Shown piece by piece: positions 16,773-22,474 of a stretch of 24,000 nt of DNA. How positions within the stretch are numbered: the first letter of the stretch is position 1; the number at the start of each line of letters is the position of its first letter. The notes under the pieces were generated by a model, which ran no database searches, was not told where the DNA came from, and was given only the letters and a program-made list of their open reading frames with translations. The DNA comes from Priestia endophytica DSM 13796 (GTDB taxonomy: Bacteria > Bacillota > Bacilli > Bacillales > Bacillaceae_H). Position numbers and translations under genes: made by a program. The DNA lies in contig NZ_FOXX01000009.1 in NCBI RefSeq assembly GCF_900115845.1, positions 128,406 through 152,405 of the forward strand. The letters are read 5' to 3'.

Positions 16773-17133
16773 CCTCTTTCACATCTCTTGTTCCCCATAA
16801 AGCAAGGAGAGCTATCGCAAAATAAACGCCTACTCCCGTGTTCAAGGGTTGCTTTGCTAGAATAAATCCTGCTGCCATCATTCCATACAAAAACGTTGAT
16901 GAAAGCAGTGACATCTTACGCATCCACGCTTTCCCCCATACAAGTCCAAGAATAAGGGAAATCAAACTTAAAATAAAAATACTTGCCCACTCTGCTTCAT
17001 TGCCAATTTCCTGAAACGTATAAAAAAATTCAGGACGATTATGAAACAGCTCATCATTTACTACTAGAACCATAGACCACCACGCTGTAATAACGATTAA
17101 AAACATTTCAATAAAAACATTTCGTCTTTCCAT
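16765..17133 (-). CDS. Small integral membrane protein, 4 predicted TM helices (122 aa), function unknown
   Basis: AAGAGG Shine-Dalgarno 6 nt before the ATG. There are four hydrophobic segments. It is the first gene of the operon and I recognise no family motif. Confidence 0.72.
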   Translation of the reverse strand: MERRNVFIEMFLIVITAWWSMVLVVNDELFHNRPEFFYTFQEIGNEAEWASIFILSLISLILGLVWGKAWMRKMSLLSSTFLYGMMAAGFILAKQPLNTGVGVYFAIALLALWGTRDVKEDE

Positions 17134-17273
17134 AGCATGCCTCTTTTCTATTCTAGCTTCTATACTCTATGAATTTTTCTTAATACTTGTCACACTTTTT
17201 ATATAGATGAAAAAGAGATTTTGAATAAGCCTGAAGATAACAAGCCCTTCCTTTCTCTACAAGCCATTAAAAT

Positions 17274-17313
17274 AAAAAAGCGTAATAACTTTTAAAAGTT
17301 ATTACGCTTTTTT
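17274..17313. terminator. Intrinsic terminator of the pentapeptide-repeat gene, overlapping its stop codon
   Basis: gcgtaataactt / aagttattacgc, flanked by an A6 run and a T6 run. It insulates the pentapeptide gene from the downstream seven-gene operon. Confidence 0.8.
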
Positions 17314-18144
17314 CCAATGATCTGGCACTTTTAATGATGGTGGCAACTTTGTATGACTATTTCCCTTTGCTGCGTTTACTTGTGCTTGAGTAAGAAAAAG
17401 ACTTCCCGTCAAATCTGCCCCGCTAAGATCTGCATCCCTAAAGTCTGCTCCAATTAAATCTGTAAAACGAAGGTCTGCTTCTCTAAGGTCTGCCGCAATA
17501 AGAAGAGCTCCTCTTAGATTCTCTCCTTTAAGTTTTGCTTTCCTAAGCTTAGCCCCTATATAGTCACTACTATACTTTCGTTTTTTCTTATGAGTGATTT
17601 GCGGACGAGCTAATTCACTTGTTTGTAAAAGCAGCGTATTTACTTTTGCTCTATGCCCAGCAATATCTATATGTAAAATTTCTTCTGGAGATTGTTCTGT
17701 CATCTTTTCTGTTTCTCTGAACATCTCCCTTAGCTCAGTATGAATAGATTTTGTTTCCTCGTAGCTCATTGCTTCATATAAGTAGGAAAGCATTTCATGA
17801 AGCTGCTGAACAATCGGATAGACGCTAAACATTTGTTCAGCATATTGTTTATTTCCTTTCCACTCTTTCCCTTTGTATATGATTCTAGATACTTTTTGAC
17901 CTGCTCCAAAACATTCATAAGCGACACAACCGCGAAACCCTTCCTGAATTAAGTTATCATGAATGCCGCACAAGTAATGATCTTGTAAATTCTGGCAAGG
18001 TGTTCCGCCATCTTTATCAAAAGCAAAATCAGCTGACTTTGCGTATGGCAATGCAACACAGCATAAACCAAAACAGCTTGTACAGTCTGAACTCAATGCT
18101 TTTTGAACTTCTACTTTATTTTCTAATTCAATCGACACTCTCAT
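17302..18144 (-). CDS. Cys-cluster domain / pentapeptide-repeat fusion protein
   Basis: 280 aa. The N-terminal roughly 90 aa carry about 11 Cys, including CTSCFGLCC (similar to the CxxCxxCC YkgJ-type metal-binding cluster) and CVAYECFG. The C-terminus holds about 9 tandem pentapeptide repeats (GENLRGALLIAADLREADLRFTDLIGADFRDADLSGADLTG). Confidence 0.88.
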   Translation of the reverse strand: MRVSIELENKVEVQKALSSDCTSCFGLCCVALPYAKSADFAFDKDGGTPCQNLQDHYLCGIHDNLIQEGFRGCVAYECFGAGQKVSRIIYKGKEWKGNKQYAEQMFSVYPIVQQLHEMLSYLYEAMSYEETKSIHTELREMFRETEKMTEQSPEEILHIDIAGHRAKVNTLLLQTSELARPQITHKKKRKYSSDYIGAKLRKAKLKGENLRGALLIAADLREADLRFTDLIGADFRDADLSGADLTGSLFLTQAQVNAAKGNSHTKLPPSLKVPDHWKKA

Positions 18145-18631
18145 CCCATCCCTTTTCTCATCCTGCTATATTCATATTAAAAGGAATGATGTAAAAAAGG
18201 AAGAGGGTTGTAAATTAGATTTCCATTCTGTTCATATTCCTTATTAACCAAGGTGATGACGTTTTCTAACTATGTAATGGCTTAAGAGTACTAATGGTTG
18301 TAATATAAACAGGTTTTAGTCAGCAAAATTCAAGAATGATCTTTTTCATTAAAACATGTCCCGCTCTTAATCCTACTCGTATTCCCCTTTTCAATGTTCC
18401 TTCTTGATACTGTTTGGCAAGAGCTCTACACTAAGAATTTGGATCTGAATTCCCTTGAATAATGAGGATGTTTTTTATCAATTATCATCCTTTCTTCCTT
18501 TTTATACATCATATTGGTAGTTTATAAGTAGGCTAGACCTTTAAAAAGAAAAAGATTCATTTGTAGGATTTAACTTTTTCAAAAATATGGTATACTACCC
18601 AAAAAAGCATATGAACATAATAATTAATTCG

Positions 18632-18802
18632 CAGTTTAGGGTCTCTTCCTTTTTTAAAGTAGGAGGTAACAGGGAACCAAGTGAAAAACTTGGGCGGTCC
18701 AGCCACTGTGATGAAGGAGTTTTTCGCCAGATGCCACTTAACAACTATTAGGGAAGGCGGTGAAAAGTGATGATTTCAGAGCCAGGATACCTACCTAATC
18801 TG
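18632..18802 (+). promoter_or_regulatory. Cobalamin (B12) riboswitch aptamer
   Basis: Conserved core: AACAGGGAACCAAGUGAAAAACUUGG...CCAGCCACUGUGA, then GCCACUU...GGGAAGGCGGUGAAAAG, then the B12-box AGAGCCAGGAUACCUACC. P1 pairs 18632-18640 with 18794-18802 at 8 of 9 positions. An extended -10 (TGgTATACT, ending at 18596) lies upstream. Confidence 0.85.
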
Positions 18803-18885
18803 TACGCTAGGATCTTCTAGGAAAGAGAGTAGTGTATACATATTCAGCATTGTTTATTTGTGCTGCTTATTTGTTATACATATTT

Positions 18886-18925
18886 CCCTCAACTCTAGAA
18901 ATGGTTGGGGATTTTTTATTTTTAT
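18886..18925 (+). terminator. Putative riboswitch expression-platform terminator
   Basis: CCC(U)CAAC / GUUGGGG, 7 bp with one bulge and a 10-nt loop, followed by AUUUUUUAUUUUUAUU. It sits between the aptamer and the AAGGGAGG Shine-Dalgarno. Confidence 0.5.
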
Positions 18926-18942
18926 TAAGGGAGGTTATAAAA

Positions 18943-19740
18943 TTGGAAGGTTTATCACTTTTTGCATTTGTATTTGTTTTAGGATTAAGACACGGCCTTG
19001 ATGCAGATCATTTAGCTTTTATTGATGGTCAAACAAGGTACAACTGGCGTATGGGAAGTCCTTTCTCAAGATGGGTTGGTACCTTATTTTCGTTCGGACA
19101 TGGGGGTGTTGTCGCATTAACTGCTGGAGTTTTAGGAATGGTGATGAGTAACTTTACGTTCCCATCATACTTTGACACTTTTGCTTCTTGGGTATCTATT
19201 TTATCTTTATTTTTGATTGGTACATTAAATACGTACAATTTAATTCGAACAAGAAGTAGTAAGGAAGAGTTTCAGCTTAGTGGTTTAAAAGGGAAATTCA
19301 TTCCGAAAATTGCAAAAGGAACAACAAATCCGCTTCTTATTATTCTTGTTGGTGCTCTCTTTGCCCTAGCAGCCGAAACAGTGAGTCAAACAGCTGTATG
19401 GACGTTAGCTGCTGGCAATTCAAGCTCATACACTCCCTTATTATTAGGTCTTGTATTTATGGTTGGCATGATGATTACGGATACAATTGATTCTTTTGTT
19501 GTGCACAAAATGGTCAAGGACTCAAGCAAATTTGGTCAAGCTGCTTCACGCCTTATGGGCTGGGTCATCGTTGTACTAGCCTACAGCGTCTCTTTCTATC
19601 TTGCTTTTACATTCTTTAATCCATGGGCGGAAATAGACTTTGAGATTGTTGGCGTTGTACTCTTTCTATTTCTTCTTTCAATGTTTATTTTTGTCCGGCT
19701 CAAAGCTAAAAAAGCAAACAACAGTGTTCAATCCGTGTAA
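18943..19740 (+). CDS. NiCoT/UreH-like metal (probably cobalt) transporter
   Basis: NiCoT signatures are present: RHGLDADHLAFID (HX4DH), FSFGHGGVV and GMMITDTIDS. I start the gene at TTG 18943, 8 nt after AAGGGAGG and downstream of the terminator-like hairpin. The ORF-track GTG at 18832 would put that hairpin inside the CDS. Confidence 0.82.
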   Translation: MEGLSLFAFVFVLGLRHGLDADHLAFIDGQTRYNWRMGSPFSRWVGTLFSFGHGGVVALTAGVLGMVMSNFTFPSYFDTFASWVSILSLFLIGTLNTYNLIRTRSSKEEFQLSGLKGKFIPKIAKGTTNPLLIILVGALFALAAETVSQTAVWTLAAGNSSSYTPLLLGLVFMVGMMITDTIDSFVVHKMVKDSSKFGQAASRLMGWVIVVLAYSVSFYLAFTFFNPWAEIDFEIVGVVLFLFLLSMFIFVRLKAKKANNSVQSV

Positions 19741-19757
19741 CAACTGTGAGTTTATCC

Positions 19758-19790
19758 GAGAGAGCAACACATCCGCTGCTCTCTTTTTCT
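19758..19790 (+). terminator. Intrinsic terminator after the transporter gene
   Basis: Stem agagagca / tgctctct with a 10-nt loop, followed by a T-run. Confidence 0.65.
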
Positions 19791-19995
19791 CTACCTTAAA
19801 CAAGCCAGCCTGTAATAAGAAGAAGGTTTGATAGAAATTCTCTCATTTTATTCTTCCTTCTATCACAAGCAGTTCTTCTCTTCTGTCGTATTTTCTCTTT
19901 TTAAAAATAGAAAATTTCCCTTCATATAATGTAGAGAAAGCCCTCATTTAGGGTAATGATACACATAAAGGAAAATGAATAGGAGGCAGTCATTT

Positions 19996-20481
19996 ATGAA
20001 TATGAATCTTGTCATCATTTTACTTGCTTTAGCAGGACTTCTCATTATTTGCTGTAAGACCTTTAGCTCTCCTTATATTGCGTGCAATGCCGTCGGGACA
20101 TTTTGCAGTTTATTTACTGCTCTGGCTATGATTCAAAAGCAGCTTTCAATCATTGAAGGACTTATTATCATCTGTGCCATATTAGCTCTCGCTTACCTCA
20201 TTTATACTCCTTTAAAAACAAGCTTATTTGTTCAAAACTGCTATATTATGTTTAATGTTAATTTCTCTAAATCACAAGAAATTATAGAAAGAAAAAATCC
20301 TAATATTACGGTTATCACTAAACCGTTAAACACTCTTATTCTTTCCTACAAAGAGCACCAAGCAGAACAGGCACATCATCTAAAAAAGGCACTTAAACAA
20401 GAAGCACAGGGTATGCCACTATCTGGCTTTCTTCTTCTCTCAAGCTCTATTATTCTCTATTTATGGCAAGGGATTAGCTAA
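19996..20481 (+). CDS. Hypothetical membrane protein (3 N-terminal TM helices, a soluble segment, and 1 C-terminal TM helix)
   Basis: ATG 19996 lies 9 nt after AGGAGG. The ORF-track start at 19975 has no Shine-Dalgarno. A terminator follows and I recognise no family. Confidence 0.6.
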   Translation: MNMNLVIILLALAGLLIICCKTFSSPYIACNAVGTFCSLFTALAMIQKQLSIIEGLIIICAILALAYLIYTPLKTSLFVQNCYIMFNVNFSKSQEIIERKNPNITVITKPLNTLILSYKEHQAEQAHHLKKALKQEAQGMPLSGFLLLSSSIILYLWQGIS

Positions 20482-20490
20482 AACCGACCT

Positions 20491-20532
20491 AAAAAAGCAG
20501 TGAGAAACACAAAGCTTCTCACTGCTTTTTTT
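20491..20532. terminator. Bidirectional intrinsic terminator
   Basis: aaaaaagcagtgagaa / ttctcactgcttttttt, sitting between convergent genes. Confidence 0.8.
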
Positions 20533-20562
20533 ACTTCATCTCATACATTGATATAAACGGTC

Positions 20563-20916
20563 TTACATGTTGAAGTTTCGAACAATTCTTTTAATGATGT
20601 TTTGTTCTCCCTCTTCTAGTTCACTCATTATGTCTTCAAAAGCTCTAGTTGATTCATATGTATTTAATACTTGAAGTGCCGCAATACTATAGTGACCAAT
20701 TGTATCTTTTCCAAATACTTTATGAATCTCTTCATTTCTACACTTGCTTAGCTCAATAAGTTTAAAAACGACTTCTGCATTGGATATGTTACCCTTTACA
20801 ATTTGGATAAGAACCGTCACTTGCACTTTTGGATTTGGGTAATCTAAACATTCTATGAATGCTGCCTCATCAACCATGTTTTTTGTTTTCTCTTCCTTTA
20901 CAACTGGAACTCTCAA
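20563..20916 (-). CDS. Hypothetical soluble, probably all-helical protein (117 aa)
   Basis: TTG start at 20916, 7 nt after GGAGG (complement of 20924-20928). A terminator lies downstream and I recognise no motif. Confidence 0.6.
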   Translation of the reverse strand: MRVPVVKEEKTKNMVDEAAFIECLDYPNPKVQVTVLIQIVKGNISNAEVVFKLIELSKCRNEEIHKVFGKDTIGHYSIAALQVLNTYESTRAFEDIMSELEEGEQNIIKRIVRNFNM

Positions 20917-21504
20917 TATTTTTCCTCCACATTTGTAGTAATCCGTTGTTAGTGAATGATGTGAGTTGCTTTTATCTGTTGTCTCTACTACATATGTTAT
21001 GTATTACAGTTAGAAACAAACTTAAGCAAGCTAGGGTTCTATCTTATACTATATTATGCCCTCTTCTCCTCCCTTTTTTTAAAAATGATAGTAACCTATA
21101 ATATGTATTGTAAATTGTTTTTTAATATGGTCATGTTGACCTTTACATGATAAATCTTACCAGATTCCACTCCTTCTATAAAGTAGCATTTAAAAAGGAT
21201 AAGAAATTTTCAGTTTTAAAAGTGACATGTTTTGCAATAAATACTTACATAAAAAACCTCTATAATAAAACAATTATATTATTATCGTACTTGGATTCAA
21301 AAAACAATTCAACGAAAACAAACTTTTAATGTTTTTTTACTTTTATTTATATTCGTTCCACTCTTATTATTTATGTTTTTTCTCCTCTCTTAACCTTTGA
21401 ACGTTTTTAAAAGAACGCGTTCTTCTAAGAAAGCGTTAAATACAGAGTGAATTTATATTAAAAAGTGTGATATGATGAGACAAAATAAAAAGAAAACAAC
21501 ATAT

Positions 21505-21530
21505 TTATCTGTAATTTATTTTACAGATAA
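21505..21530. promoter_or_regulatory. Perfect 10-bp inverted repeat just upstream of the DeoR gene (candidate operator)
   Basis: TTATCTGTAA (21505-21514), a 6-nt spacer, then TTACAGATAA (21521-21530). It ends 20 nt before the start codon. Confidence 0.45.
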
Positions 21531-21550
21531 TATAGGAAAGGACGTTATGA

Positions 21551-22333
21551 ATGCTAGTAGCCGAAAGACAACAAAAAATTGTGGATCTAGTTAATTTACG
21601 ATCAAGCATTCGAGTTTCTGAGCTTAGTGAGATTTTTTCTGTTACAGAAGAAACCATTAGACGTGATCTTGAAAAACTTGAAAAAGAAAACAAATTACGA
21701 AGAAGTCACGGTGGCGCAGTGAGTGTTCAAGAAAAAGAAAGCGAAATAGATTTCTCAGAACGAGAAATTACAAATGTATTGGAAAAGAAAGTGATCGCTC
21801 ATGAAGCTGTAAAAAGAGTAGAAAACGGTGACCGGATTATTCTTGATGCAAGTACAACAGCATGGTATATGGCCAAAATACTCCCTAACATTCCGCTCAC
21901 TGTCATTACAAACTCCATTAAGGTTGCGATTGAACTTAGCAAAAAAGACCGAATTGAAGTAATTTCAACTGGTGGGATCCTGCTTCCAAAATCATTGTCT
22001 TATGTAGGACCGTTAGCGGAACGATCTCTTGAGAATTATCATGTTGATAAAGCCTTTCTTTCCTGTAAAGGTATTGATTTAAATAGTGGATTAAGTGACT
22101 CAAACGAATGGCAAGCTCTCTTAAAAAGAAAAATGATTGAAAGATCCAATAAAACGTTCTTGATGGTCGACTCTAGCAAGTTTGGTTACCGAGAGTTTTC
22201 ACATATCTCTACTCTAGATCATGTTGATGAAATGATCGTGGATATAAAACTCCCTCCCCATTCTCAAGAGAAATTAAAAGAAAAAAACATCATTGTTACA
22301 CCCGTTGACTTTGTTGATAAACCTGCTTCTTAA
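21551..22333 (+). CDS. DeoR/GlpR family transcriptional regulator
   Basis: 260 aa. The N-terminal DeoR HTH is ERQQKIVDLVNLRSSIRVSELSEIFSVTEETIRRDLEKLE. The C-terminal DeoR sugar-phosphate sensor domain includes ILDASTT...ITNS...GG. Confidence 0.9.
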   Translation: MLVAERQQKIVDLVNLRSSIRVSELSEIFSVTEETIRRDLEKLEKENKLRRSHGGAVSVQEKESEIDFSEREITNVLEKKVIAHEAVKRVENGDRIILDASTTAWYMAKILPNIPLTVITNSIKVAIELSKKDRIEVISTGGILLPKSLSYVGPLAERSLENYHVDKAFLSCKGIDLNSGLSDSNEWQALLKRKMIERSNKTFLMVDSSKFGYREFSHISTLDHVDEMIVDIKLPPHSQEKLKEKNIIVTPVDFVDKPAS

Positions 22334-22367
22334 ACAAACTTATTTTACGATAAGTTTGTTTTTTTGC
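22333..22367 (+). terminator. Intrinsic terminator after the DeoR gene
   Basis: Perfect 12-bp stem aaacaaacttat / ataagtttgttt followed by a T-run. A second, weaker hairpin (gaactaagacaa / ttgttttagttc) follows at about 22376-22415. Confidence 0.8.
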
Positions 22368-22433
22368 ATTTCACGGGAACTAAGACAAATTTTATATATT
22401 GTTTTAGTTCTGTTTTCAAAAGAATATAAATAG

Positions 22434-22467
22434 AAAAAGCCGGAGCTCTTTAAAGCTCTGACTTTTT
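22434..22467 (-). terminator. Putative terminator of the rhamnogalacturonan lyase gene
   Basis: A 7-bp GC-containing stem (cggagct / agctctg, with one G-U pair), extended by AAAAAG / CUUUUU pairing. A T-run follows on the minus strand. Confidence 0.5.
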
Positions 22468-22474
22468 CCTTAAC

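Noticed and set aside
16518-17133. A prophage lysis cassette (XhlA/holin/endolysin) as the explanation for the two small proteins
   Set aside because: No endolysin, holin with the typical charged C-terminus, or other phage genes occur within the window. The pair is operonic with the ABC/TCS genes. The similarity to XhlA is architectural only and unverified.
18832-18942. GTG-initiated 37-codon extension of the NiCoT-like transporter
   Set aside because: It would start immediately after the riboswitch aptamer and include the terminator-like hairpin and U-tract. A much better Shine-Dalgarno precedes the TTG at 18943. This is kept as an alternative because an extra N-terminal TM helix cannot be excluded.
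19640-19831. 63-aa plus-strand ORF overlapping the 3' end of the transporter gene
   Set aside because: It is out of frame with the transporter gene, crosses its terminator, and has no Shine-Dalgarno.
20859-21101. 80-aa plus-strand ORF overlapping the start of the 117-aa gene. The ORFs at 21147-21329 (60 aa) and 21505-21693 (62 aa, minus strand) are treated the same way.
   Set aside because: These are chance ORFs in AT-rich DNA with no Shine-Dalgarno and low-complexity Leu/Phe/Asn/Lys-rich translations. The last one is antisense to the DeoR gene start.
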